Shown: piece by piece, positions 28,746 to 37,338 of the stretch
Position numbering within the stretch: position 1 is the stretch's first letter
Layout: every line of letters starts with the position of its first letter
NCBI GenBank assembly: GCA_033854735.1
Contig: JAWWPY010000024.1
Span: 9,042-73,041 of the forward strand
Origin: Streptosporangiaceae bacterium
Lineage (GTDB): Bacteria > Actinomycetota > Actinomycetes > Streptosporangiales > Streptosporangiaceae
Direction of reading: 5' to 3'
DNA length: 64,000 nucleotides
The notes under the pieces: generated by a model
What the model saw: the letters and a program-made list of their open reading frames with translations, nothing else
Databases searched by the model: none
Told to the model about the DNA's origin: nothing
Position numbers and translations under genes: made by a program

Positions 28746-29558
28746 CTACGGCGAGAGGAAGGCGGCGAAAATGATGGCGGTGAGCCGGTCCACCATTTCC
28801 TCCTTGGGCAGCCTGAGCTCCTCGCTGAGCAGGTAGTTCACCCGCTCAAGCATCATCAGGAGGGCGAACGCGGTGAGTTCCGCGTGCTCATCAAGGCCGC
28901 CCTGGCCGTCCGGCGACCGCGCCGGGGCTGACACTGTCATGCCCCGCGTCATGGCCTCGGCCAGCTTGAACAGCACCTGCATGCCGTCGCCCCAGACTTC
29001 CTCGCCGACCAGTTCCGCCTGGCTGAGGATCCCGATGACCGCCGCGTGCGCCGCGTAGGTCTCGCAGAAGCTGGTTACCCACTGGCGCAGCGCCGCCCGG
29101 CCTGCCTCATCCCTGGTGACCAGGGGGAACGTGTCGGTAATGCCTTCCATGTCGTGCAGCGCGTCCCGCAGCAAGGCCTTGAACAGGTCATCCTTATTCT
29201 TGAAGTACAGGTAGAACGTGCCGTGCGAGGTCTTGGCCCGCCGCACGACGTCGTCGACGCGCACCGCCTGGAATCCGCGCTCGTAGAATTCGGCCAGGCC
29301 TGCTTCCAGCAGCCGCTGCACGGTCTGGCGGCCCTGGGCACGCAGTTCGCGGTCCTGCGCGGGGACGCCACCACCCTGCGAGGGCCGGCCGCCCCGGCCG
29401 GCCGCCACCTGCGGCTTCGGTGCGGCGCTGGCGTGGTTGGTGGCCCGTGGCGCGGTCTTCCCGCCGGGCACGGACTCCCCGGGCACGGACTCCCCAGGCG
29501 CGGACTCGCCGGGCGCGGATCTCCTCGGCGCGGCACCGGGTGCAGCTTCCCGACTCAT
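28746..29558 (-). CDS. TetR/AcrR family transcriptional regulator
   Basis: HTH RLLEAGLAEFYERGFQAVRVDDVVRRAKTSHGTFYLYFKNKDDLF. Low-complexity N-terminus (APGESAPGESVPGESVPG) encoded by 15-bp repeats. Lies 29 nt upstream of the antiporter gene. Confidence 0.85.
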   Translation of the reverse strand: MSREAAPGAAPRRSAPGESAPGESVPGESVPGGKTAPRATNHASAAPKPQVAAGRGGRPSQGGGVPAQDRELRAQGRQTVQRLLEAGLAEFYERGFQAVRVDDVVRRAKTSHGTFYLYFKNKDDLFKALLRDALHDMEGITDTFPLVTRDEAGRAALRQWVTSFCETYAAHAAVIGILSQAELVGEEVWGDGMQVLFKLAEAMTRGMTVSAPARSPDGQGGLDEHAELTAFALLMMLERVNYLLSEELRLPKEEMVDRLTAIIFAAFLSP

Positions 29559-29655
29559 GGTCGGAGACTAGCCTGTCGGCCGGTAGGTTCGCTGGTAACC
29601 CCCCGGCCGGGGCGGGGCCGCAGCCACCTCCCCGTGGCCGGAGGGCCGCCGCGGC

Positions 29656-30969
29656 TCACGGGCCCAGGACGTGTTCGAGGTAGGGATTGGTGAACCGGCG
29701 CTCCGGGTCGAGCGTGTCGCGGAGCGCCACGAACTGGCTGAACTCCGGATATACGGCACGCAGGTACGCGGCGTCCCTGGTGTGCAGCTTGCCCCAGTGC
29801 GGCCGCCCGCCGGCCGCGGTCATCACCGCCTCCACGTCCCGGAAATACTTCTCGTGCGGCGAGGCGTGGAACATGTGGACAGCGATGTAGGCGGTGTCCC
29901 GGCCGCGGGCGGTGGACAGCCAGATGTCATCCGGCGGGGCGACCCGGACCTCGATGGGGAAGCTGATCCGCCAGTCGCGCCGGGTGAACAGGGCGCGGAT
30001 CTCGGCCAGAACGGCCGCGAGGTGCTCCCGGGGGATGGCGTACTCCTGCTCCATGAACCGCACCCGGCGCGGGCTGGTGAAGACCCGGTAGGACGCATCG
30101 ACGTAGCCACGGGCGCCGAGCGCCTTGCCGGCGATCGCGTTGACCACGGGGATGGCGGCAGGCATCCGGTGGCCCAGCCGGCAGGTGGCCCCGAACACAC
30201 TGTTGGCCAGGAATTCATCGTCCAGCCGGTACCGCCACCGCGGCAGCGGCCGGGCCGGGCCGCCGGTCCGGTTGTTGCGCTTGGTCAGGCAGCCCTCGGT
30301 ATGCGGGAACCAGTAGAACTCGAAATGCTCGTTGCCGCTGGTCAGTTCGTCGAGCCTGGCGACAACCTCGGACCAGCGCATCGGCTCCTCCTGGGCCCGC
30401 AGCAGGAACGAGGGGACCACCCGGAACGTCACGGCGGTCAGCACGCCGAGCGCACCGAGGCCAACCCTGGCCGCCCGGAACACGTCGCTGCCGGCGGAAC
30501 ATGACGTGATCGTGCCGTCGGCCAGGACCATCTCCAGGCCCGCCACCTGTGCCGCGATGCTGGCCAGGTCACGGCCAGTGCCGTGGGTTCCGGTCTGGAT
30601 GGCGCCCGCCACCGTCTGCTCCTGGATGTCCCCCATGTTCGCCAGGGCCAGGCCACGCGTCTGGAGGTGGGTGTTAAGGACACGGAGCGAGCATCCTGCC
30701 TCCACGGTCACCAGGCCGGCGCGCTCGTCCACCGACCGGACCGCGGCCAGCGCGCCGGGGCGCAGCAGCAGGCCGTCGGTCACCGCGGCCCCGGTGAACG
30801 AGTGACCGCTGCCGGCCATCCGGACCCGCAGTCCTTCCGCGCCGGCGGCGGCCACCGCCTCGGCGACCTCGTCAGCGCCGCGCGGCGTTATCACCCGGCG
30901 CGGCCGCGCGGACTGATTGCCAGCCCAGTTCTGCCAGGTGGGGGGTGCGATGGCGGGGGCGCTGACCAT
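29656..30969 (-). CDS. FAD-linked D-arabinono-1,4-lactone / L-gulonolactone oxidase-dehydrogenase family protein
   Basis: NWAGNQSARPRRVITPRGADEVAEAV...MAGSGHSFTG (FAD_binding_4), plus an ALO C-terminal domain (HWGK). Confidence 0.85.
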   Translation of the reverse strand: MVSAPAIAPPTWQNWAGNQSARPRRVITPRGADEVAEAVAAAGAEGLRVRMAGSGHSFTGAAVTDGLLLRPGALAAVRSVDERAGLVTVEAGCSLRVLNTHLQTRGLALANMGDIQEQTVAGAIQTGTHGTGRDLASIAAQVAGLEMVLADGTITSCSAGSDVFRAARVGLGALGVLTAVTFRVVPSFLLRAQEEPMRWSEVVARLDELTSGNEHFEFYWFPHTEGCLTKRNNRTGGPARPLPRWRYRLDDEFLANSVFGATCRLGHRMPAAIPVVNAIAGKALGARGYVDASYRVFTSPRRVRFMEQEYAIPREHLAAVLAEIRALFTRRDWRISFPIEVRVAPPDDIWLSTARGRDTAYIAVHMFHASPHEKYFRDVEAVMTAAGGRPHWGKLHTRDAAYLRAVYPEFSQFVALRDTLDPERRFTNPYLEHVLGP

Positions 30970-31121
30970 GTCCGGGACCCTACCGGAGAACTGGCCCGCG
31001 CTTCCGTCATGGTGGCCGGGCCGGCTTTCGTGGAAATTGTCCCCGTTGTGACACGGCGGTCAGCGACGCGCCGGTACCGGCCTTCCGGTCCGGGCGCCCG
31101 TCCGGTTAGGGTTGGAACGCA

Positions 31122-32240
31122 ATGAGACTCCTGTTTCGGCGCAGCGCGCCGATTGCCGCCCCTGCCGGTATGCCGCTGACGCGGGTAGCGGCGGTCGCCG
31201 GGGCAATCGTCATGGTCATGATCGGCGCGACCGCCATGGCCTTGCCGCCGCTGGGCGCCCGGCCGGCTGCGAGCAGTGCTGGCCGCAGCGCGACGGGGTA
31301 TCAGCAGATCATCCTGCCGGACCTGCTGGTGATCGCGCCGAAGGGGCTCAGCGCCACCCAGATCGCCAGGATCGGCAAGGTCTCCGGGGTGCGGAACGTG
31401 CTCACCGCCGACGGTGCCGCGATCAAGATCGGGACCCGCCAGGTCAACGTGCTCGGCGTCGACCCGCAGACGTTCCGCTCGTGGACGCCGCTGGCCACGG
31501 CGTCGGACCAGGCCGTGTGGACCGCGCTGGCGGCCGGCCGTTTCGTGGCCTCGCAGGACGCGGCGGCCCGGCTCGGCCTGCGTACCGGCGTGAGCTACGG
31601 GCTGACCGGGGCCACCCGCCAGGACCTGATCTTCGGCGACTCGGCGCCGCTCGGTGTATCCGGCATCGACGTCCTGGTCAGCAGCCGTGCGTCCAGCGCG
31701 CTCGGCCTGGTCCGCGGGGTGGCCGCGCTGGTCAGCGCACCCGGCGCGGCACTGGCCACGCTGACCAGCGGCGTACGCGGCGCGGCCGGCTCCGGGGACA
31801 CCATCGTCAGCCTGCGCAGCCAGCCGCTTCCCGTGCGGCCGGCTGTCACCGGCGGCAAGCCCGCCAGTTACCTGCAGTTGTTCCAGCAGTCCGCCGCCCG
31901 GTACTGCCGGGGGTTGTCCTGGACGGTGCTCGCCGCCATCGGCCAGATCGAGAGCGGCGATGGGAGCAACGTGGGCCCGTCGAGCGCTGGCGCGCTGGGC
32001 CCCATGCAGTTCCTGCCGTCAACGTGGGCCACCTGGGGCATCACCGCCTTCGGCGAACCCGGGCCACCGAACATCATGGATCCGTACGACGCGGTCCCGT
32101 CGGCGGCCCGCCTCCTGTGCGCGGATGGTGGCGGCACCTCAGCTGGCCTGGCTGGCGCCATCTACTCCTACAACCACGCCAGCTGGTATGTGACTGAGGT
32201 GCTCGCCCTCGCTCGGCAGTACGCGCAGACCTACGGCTGA
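31122..32240 (+). CDS. secreted lytic transglycosylase domain protein
   Basis: N-terminal signal/TM. C-terminal LAAIGQIESGDGSN...GPMQFLPSTWATWG...YNHASWY is an SLT-type catalytic region. Confidence 0.8.
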   Translation: MRLLFRRSAPIAAPAGMPLTRVAAVAGAIVMVMIGATAMALPPLGARPAASSAGRSATGYQQIILPDLLVIAPKGLSATQIARIGKVSGVRNVLTADGAAIKIGTRQVNVLGVDPQTFRSWTPLATASDQAVWTALAAGRFVASQDAAARLGLRTGVSYGLTGATRQDLIFGDSAPLGVSGIDVLVSSRASSALGLVRGVAALVSAPGAALATLTSGVRGAAGSGDTIVSLRSQPLPVRPAVTGGKPASYLQLFQQSAARYCRGLSWTVLAAIGQIESGDGSNVGPSSAGALGPMQFLPSTWATWGITAFGEPGPPNIMDPYDAVPSAARLLCADGGGTSAGLAGAIYSYNHASWYVTEVLALARQYAQTYG

Positions 32241-32251
32241 CCGCACCCTGG

Positions 32252-33316
32252 TTGGATGGTGGCATGCCGCATTACGACGCGTTCCTGCTCGTCTCCTTCG
32301 GGGGACCGGAAGCTCCCGATGAGGTCATGCCGTTTCTGGAGAATGTCACCCGGGGCCGCGGCATACCGCGGGAGCGGCTCGCCGCGGTGGCCGAGCATTA
32401 CTATGCGGCCGGCGGAATCAGCCCGATCAACCAGCAGTGCCGGGGCCTGGCCGCGGCTATCGGCAAGGATTTCGCCTCCGCCGGCCTTGACCTGCCCGTG
32501 TACTGGGGCAACCGGAACTGGGCGCCTTACCTCACGGCCACCGTGGCGGATATGGCGGCCGCCGGGGTGCGGCGCGCCGTCGGCTTCGTGACTTCGGCCT
32601 ACGGTTCCTACTCCAGCTGCAGGCAGTATCTCGACGACATCGCGGCGGCGTGCGCCGAGGTGGGCCCGGGCGCCCCGCGGATCGACAAGCTGCGGCATTT
32701 CTTCAATCATCCGGGGTTCATCGAGCCGCTCGCCGAGCAGGCCCGGGCGGCGGTCGAGTCGCTGCCCGCCGAGGTGAGGCCGGACGTTCCGCTGGTTTTC
32801 ACGGCGCACAGCGTGCCCGAGGCCATGGCGGCGTCCAGCGGGCCCCCGCCGGGCGGCCTGTACCCGGCCCAACTGGCCGAAGCATCGCGCCTCGTCGCGG
32901 AGCGGGTCGGCACCGCGCACCCGTGGCGCCTGGTCTACCAGAGCCGTAGCGGGCCGCCGGCCCAGCCCTGGCTCGGCCCCGACGTCCGCGACCACCTTGA
33001 GGATCTGGCCCGCTCGGGGGCACCAGCGGCCGTCCTGGTCCCGGTCGGCTTTGTCTCCGATCACATGGAGGTGATCCACGACCTGGACGTCGAGGCGGCG
33101 CAGACCGCCGAGCGGGTGGGCTTGCGGCTGGCCCGCGCGGCTACCCCCGGCACCCACCCCCGGTTCGTTTCGATGATCACGGAGCTGGTCCGGGAGCGGG
33201 TCGACGGGCAGATGGCCGGGGCCATGCTGGGCCCTCTCCAGCCACCACGCGATATTTGCCGCAACGATTGCTGCCCAGCCGCTGCCGTCAGTACCCGTCC
33301 CGGGCGTGCAGGGTGA
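32252..33316 (+). CDS. hemH: ferrochelatase (coproporphyrin-type expected in Actinobacteria)
   Basis: YDAFLLVSFGGPEAPDEVMPFLENVTRGRGIP. The C-terminal Cys cluster CRNDCC is compatible with the [2Fe-2S] actinobacterial type. ATG 32264 is an alternative start. Confidence 0.9.
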   Translation: MDGGMPHYDAFLLVSFGGPEAPDEVMPFLENVTRGRGIPRERLAAVAEHYYAAGGISPINQQCRGLAAAIGKDFASAGLDLPVYWGNRNWAPYLTATVADMAAAGVRRAVGFVTSAYGSYSSCRQYLDDIAAACAEVGPGAPRIDKLRHFFNHPGFIEPLAEQARAAVESLPAEVRPDVPLVFTAHSVPEAMAASSGPPPGGLYPAQLAEASRLVAERVGTAHPWRLVYQSRSGPPAQPWLGPDVRDHLEDLARSGAPAAVLVPVGFVSDHMEVIHDLDVEAAQTAERVGLRLARAATPGTHPRFVSMITELVRERVDGQMAGAMLGPLQPPRDICRNDCCPAAAVSTRPGRAG

Positions 33317-34154
33317 CCTGGTGAGGGAACCGGATCCGGGTGATCTGCTCGACCTGGCGCGGCGCGCCGCCGGGGAGGCGGCCGAACTGCTGGCCGGCAG
33401 CCGCCCGGCCGGGCCGTTGGGACGCCCGGAGGTGGCGGACACCAAGTCGAGCCCGACTGATGTGGTGACCGAAATGGACCGCGCCGCGGAAGCCCTGATT
33501 GCGCGGCGGCTGCTGGCTGAGCGGCCGGGCGACGCGATCCTCGGCGAGGAGGGCGGGGAGTCCGGCCACGGCCGGGTCCGCTGGATCGTCGACCCGCTGG
33601 ATGGCACCGTCAACTACCTGTACGGGCTGCCGGACTGGGCGGTCAGCATTGCGGCGGAGGTGGACGGCACCGTGGTGGCCGGGGTGGTCGCGGTCCCGGC
33701 CCGGGGTGAGCTGTTCACTGCCGTCCGTGGCGAGGGTGCCTGGCTCCGGTCCGCCTCGCAGCCGCCGGTCGCGGCGCGGTGCAACGCGCCGGTCCCGCTG
33801 CACCAGGCGCTGGTCGGGACCGGGTTCGGGTACGCGGCGGCGCGCCGCGTGGTGCAGGGGGAGGTCGTCGCCGCGGTGCTGCCCCGGGTGCGCGACATCC
33901 GGCGGGGCGGTTCGTGCGCCGTGGACCTGTGCTCGGTGGCCATGGGGCGGCTGGATGCCTTCTACGAGCGCGGCGTGAACTACTGGGACTTCGCGGCCGG
34001 CGGGCTGGTCGCCACCGAGGCGGGCGCGCGGCTGGGCGGCCTGAACGGCCGGGCGGCCAGCCCGGAAATGACCATCGCGGCCGAGCCCGGGCTGTTCAGC
34101 GCGCTGGGCGAACTGCTGGCGGGCCTCGATCCGGAGCGGGACGCGCCCGGCTGA
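33306..34154 (+). CDS. inositol monophosphatase family protein
   Basis: ILGEEGGE and WIVDPLDGTVNY motifs. GTG start overlaps the ferrochelatase end by 11 nt. Confidence 0.85.
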   Translation: MQGDLVREPDPGDLLDLARRAAGEAAELLAGSRPAGPLGRPEVADTKSSPTDVVTEMDRAAEALIARRLLAERPGDAILGEEGGESGHGRVRWIVDPLDGTVNYLYGLPDWAVSIAAEVDGTVVAGVVAVPARGELFTAVRGEGAWLRSASQPPVAARCNAPVPLHQALVGTGFGYAAARRVVQGEVVAAVLPRVRDIRRGGSCAVDLCSVAMGRLDAFYERGVNYWDFAAGGLVATEAGARLGGLNGRAASPEMTIAAEPGLFSALGELLAGLDPERDAPG

Positions 34155-34187
34155 CAGGGCTGTTGATCCCCGGTCAGTGTTGCCTGG

Positions 34188-35504
34188 TCAGGGCTGCCTG
34201 GTCAGGGTGCCGGTGGGCGAAGGGCCGCTGGTGCGCTTGAAACTGAACGTGAGGGTGTTGGCGGTCTGCTCAGCCAGGGTGACCTCGCCGTTGTCGCAGT
34301 TCTGCTTCCCGTTGCTGATCTGCTGCTCCATGGTGAGCTTCCCGCCCGCTGCGGTGACCAGCAGAAGATTGCCCGAGCAGTTGAGCGCCGGGTAGGAAAT
34401 GGTCCCGGCCGCCGAGCCGCTGATGAGCGTGACGTCGACGGTTACCTGCAACGCCGGGGCGCTCTGGTGTACCTGCCCGGACCAGGAACCGGCCAGCGCG
34501 GCCGGAACTATCGTGGTGGCCGCCGGCGAGGCCGACGCCGTCCGCGGGGACGCGGCGCGGGTGGCCGATGCCGCTCGCAGCGGGTCGTTGCTGTGGGCCG
34601 GGTGGTGCATCAAGATCAAGGTGGCGGCTATGGCGATCGCGCCGAGGCACGCCACGCAGGCCGTGAGCCAGCCCGCTCGCTGGGCGGTGGACCGGGCCGG
34701 GGGTTCTTCCGCGGCCCTCCCCGGGACGCTGCGGGGCACGCCCCTGGCGGCCGCGCGGGATCGCCTGGCGCCCTCCGCGAGCAGGCCAGCCGCCGGGTCG
34801 ACCTGGCCAAGCAGGGCCGTGGTCACCTTGCGGGCACTGGGGCGGCTGCCCGGATCTGGAGCCAGGCAGGCGGCCACCGTGGCGCGCAGCGGCTCCGGCA
34901 GGTAGTTCAGGTCCTGTGGGCCGACAGCCGGGCGCCCCGCGGCGGCGAACAGCGTGGTCTGCGCCCAGGCGAGCATGTCCGCGGACGGCGTGGCGGACCC
35001 GTAGGGCGGAGTGATGCTGAAGTGGACGACGCGCGGGCCCTCGGCGCCGAGCACGACGTGGTCCGGCCCGAAATCCCCGTGTACCAGCCCGGCCTGGTGG
35101 ACCGCGGTGAGGCCGGTGGCCATTCCGATGGCCAGCGCCGCCAGTTCGGTGTCCGGCAGCGGCCCGCTGGCGGCGACCGCCTCGGTCAGCGATGGGCCTT
35201 CCACGAGCTCGCTGACCAGATAAGGCTCATCGCCTTCGAATCCGGCGTCCAGGATCCGGGCCGCGCAAAAGGGCGGCACCCGGCGGGCCGCCCTGGCCTC
35301 CGCCGCGAAGCGGTCCCGCGACGCACCGCCCGGCGCCCAGTCCGTGCCCAGCATCGCGATGGCCGCCATGGCGCCGTCCGGGAGCCGGGTGGCATAACTG
35401 TTCGCCGGCCCGGGATCAGCCGGATCGTCCGCGATGCGTCCCGAAAGCCGGTAACGGCCGACGCGCCGAGGATCTTCGGGCCCCAATGGCGTGACGAAGG
35501 GCAT
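34188..35504 (-). CDS. membrane-anchored Ser/Thr-kinase-like protein with degenerate catalytic motifs (predicted pseudokinase) and an extracellular Cys-containing domain
   Basis: The kinase fold is recognisable (YLVSELVEGPSL hinge, HQAGLVHGDFGPDHVVL). However AAIAML replaces VAIK, HGD replaces HRD, and HFS replaces DFG. One TM segment (WLTACVACLGAIAIAATLILM). Confidence 0.7.
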   Translation of the reverse strand: MPFVTPLGPEDPRRVGRYRLSGRIADDPADPGPANSYATRLPDGAMAAIAMLGTDWAPGGASRDRFAAEARAARRVPPFCAARILDAGFEGDEPYLVSELVEGPSLTEAVAASGPLPDTELAALAIGMATGLTAVHQAGLVHGDFGPDHVVLGAEGPRVVHFSITPPYGSATPSADMLAWAQTTLFAAAGRPAVGPQDLNYLPEPLRATVAACLAPDPGSRPSARKVTTALLGQVDPAAGLLAEGARRSRAAARGVPRSVPGRAAEEPPARSTAQRAGWLTACVACLGAIAIAATLILMHHPAHSNDPLRAASATRAASPRTASASPAATTIVPAALAGSWSGQVHQSAPALQVTVDVTLISGSAAGTISYPALNCSGNLLLVTAAGGKLTMEQQISNGKQNCDNGEVTLAEQTANTLTFSFKRTSGPSPTGTLTRQP

Positions 35505-35804
35505 GCGGTGTCTCCGCGGTCCTGCAGGGATGGCCTGACTGCGATTTGTACCATACGCACTTCTTGCTGGTTAGCGGCAGTGATCTGGGGAACTTACCGG
35601 GCGGAAGGGCATTGCTGGAGGGCTGTCCATGCGGGCTGACGGCGACGGCTGATCAAGACACGGAGCCGCAGTTCCGCACCCTGCGTGTGCTGGGCGGCAG
35701 GACGTGACAGAATTCGCCGCCGGAATCGGGCACAACTGCGGCTCGCCAAGCGTTACACCCGCGCGACGAGGCGCACAACGAATAGGAGGGGGTGGAGTAC
35801 CCAC

Positions 35805-36104
35805 ATGGCAACTGACTATGACAGCCCACGGAAGACCGACGAAGAACTCACCGAAGACAGCCTGCAGGAACTGCAGGCACGCCGGATGGACAAGTCTTCC
35901 AGCACGATCGACATCGACCCTGACGATGTTGCGGAGTCGCTGGAGCTGCCGGGGGCGGATCTGTCGAACGAGGAGTTGTCGTTTCGAGTCATTCCGCGCC
36001 AGGCTGACGAGTTCACGTGTTCCAGCTGTTTTCTGGTCCATCACCGGAGCCAGCTGGCGGAGGACCGCAACGGGCAACCGATCTGCCGGGAGTGCGCGGC
36101 CTGA
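35805..36104 (+). CDS. DUF4193 family protein
   Basis: AGGAGGGGG RBS 12-20 nt upstream of ATG 35805. MATDYDSPRKTDEELTEDSLQELQARR...FTCSSCFLVHHRSQL...ICRECA, the conserved actinobacterial small acidic Cys4 protein. Confidence 0.85.
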   Translation: MATDYDSPRKTDEELTEDSLQELQARRMDKSSSTIDIDPDDVAESLELPGADLSNEELSFRVIPRQADEFTCSSCFLVHHRSQLAEDRNGQPICRECAA

Positions 36105-36166
36105 CGGTGTGGCCGGGCAGCGCGCGGTGGGCTCGGGGCTGGCTTGGGCGCTATACAGTGCTGCGC

Positions 36167-37105
36167 ATGAAGCCGTGGTCCCTGCTGAAGCCCGCGCTGC
36201 TGCTCGCTACGCTGCTGCTCGCGGCGTGCGGGTCAGCAGGCCCGCCCACGCCCGCGGGCTCCGCGACGGGGCCCAGCGCGACGGCAACGCCGTCAGCCGG
36301 GCAGGATGCCCCCGGAAGCCCCAGTTCCGGCCAGTCTGGACCGGCTGGCGCGCTGCCGGCGGTCGCCCATACGGTCGTGGTGATCATGGAGAATCACTCC
36401 TACGGTGAAGTGATCGGCAGCCCTCAGGCGCCGTATATCGCCGCGCTCGCCCGGGAAGGCGCGCTCTTCACCCAGTCCCGGGCGGTGTCCCATCCGAGCG
36501 AGCCGAACTATCTGGCCCTGTTCTCGGGCAGCACCCAGGGCCTCACCAGCGACAACTGCCCGGAGACGTTCGGTGCCGCGAACCTGGCTTCTGGGCTGAT
36601 CGCGGCCCACCGGACTTTCCTGGGGTATGTCGAGAGCCTGCCGCCGCAGGGCGCCCTGGTCTGCTCGAGCGGCGAGTACGCCCGCAAGCACGTGCCATGG
36701 GTCGATTTCACGAACGTGCCGCCGTCGGCGACCAGGTCGTTCACCAGCTTCCCCACCGGGAACTATGGCCGGCTTCCCGACGTCTCGTTCGTCATCCCGA
36801 ACCTGTGCGATGACATGCACGACTGCCCGGTGGCCACCGGGGACAGCTGGCTCAAGCGGAACCTGGGCGGCTACGTGACCTGGGCCCAGCAGAATCACAG
36901 TCTGCTCATCCTGACCTGGGACGAGAATGACGGGAGCGGCGGCAACCAGATCACGACGATCTTCGCAGGCCAGATGGTGCGCACCGGCCAGTACGCCATG
37001 CCGATCACCCACTACAGCGTGCTGCGGACCATCGAGGCGCTGTACGGGCTGCCGCCGGACGCCAGTGCCGCGACAGCGGCCGTGATCCGCGGGGTGTGGC
37101 GATAG
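36167..37105 (+). CDS. secreted lipoprotein, phosphoesterase family (PLC/AcpA-like, PF04185-type), single domain
   Basis: Start ATG 36167 (MKPWSLLKPALLLATLLLAACGS lipobox). Motifs VIMENHSY, SHPSEPNYLALFSG, CDDMHD and WDENDG. Confidence 0.75.
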   Translation: MKPWSLLKPALLLATLLLAACGSAGPPTPAGSATGPSATATPSAGQDAPGSPSSGQSGPAGALPAVAHTVVVIMENHSYGEVIGSPQAPYIAALAREGALFTQSRAVSHPSEPNYLALFSGSTQGLTSDNCPETFGAANLASGLIAAHRTFLGYVESLPPQGALVCSSGEYARKHVPWVDFTNVPPSATRSFTSFPTGNYGRLPDVSFVIPNLCDDMHDCPVATGDSWLKRNLGGYVTWAQQNHSLLILTWDENDGSGGNQITTIFAGQMVRTGQYAMPITHYSVLRTIEALYGLPPDASAATAAVIRGVWR

Positions 37106-37109
37106 CCCT

Positions 37110-37251
37110 CCCCGGGCGTCGCCCGTAACCCAGCCCCGGGCATAGGGCCAAGCCACCCCGGGCGTCGCCCGTAACCCAGCCCCCGGGCATAGGGCCAAGC
37201 CACCCCGGGCACAGCCCGGCCAAGCCACCCCGGGCACAGCCCGGCAATCCA
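37110..37251. repeat. nested tandem repeats (46/47-bp x2, then 25/24-bp x2), all starting CCCCGGGC and ending (C)CAAGCCA
   Basis: Units at 37110-37155, 37156-37202, 37203-37227 and 37228-37251, read directly from the sequence. They fill the gap between the two phosphoesterase genes. Confidence 0.9.
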
Positions 37252-37338
37252 ACACTGAGCGGGTAGTCCGGTAAACAGTGGACGATGTATCATTTCTGTG
37301 ATGACCCTCATGCGTAGAGTGACGATTGGGGGTTTTCG

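Noticed and set aside
30970-31121. Possible c-di-AMP (ydaO-type) riboswitch upstream of the lytic transglycosylase gene, as seen before some actinobacterial cell-wall hydrolases
   Set aside because: I could not recognise the conserved ydaO core elements by eye in this 152-nt leader. An Infernal scan would be needed before any claim.
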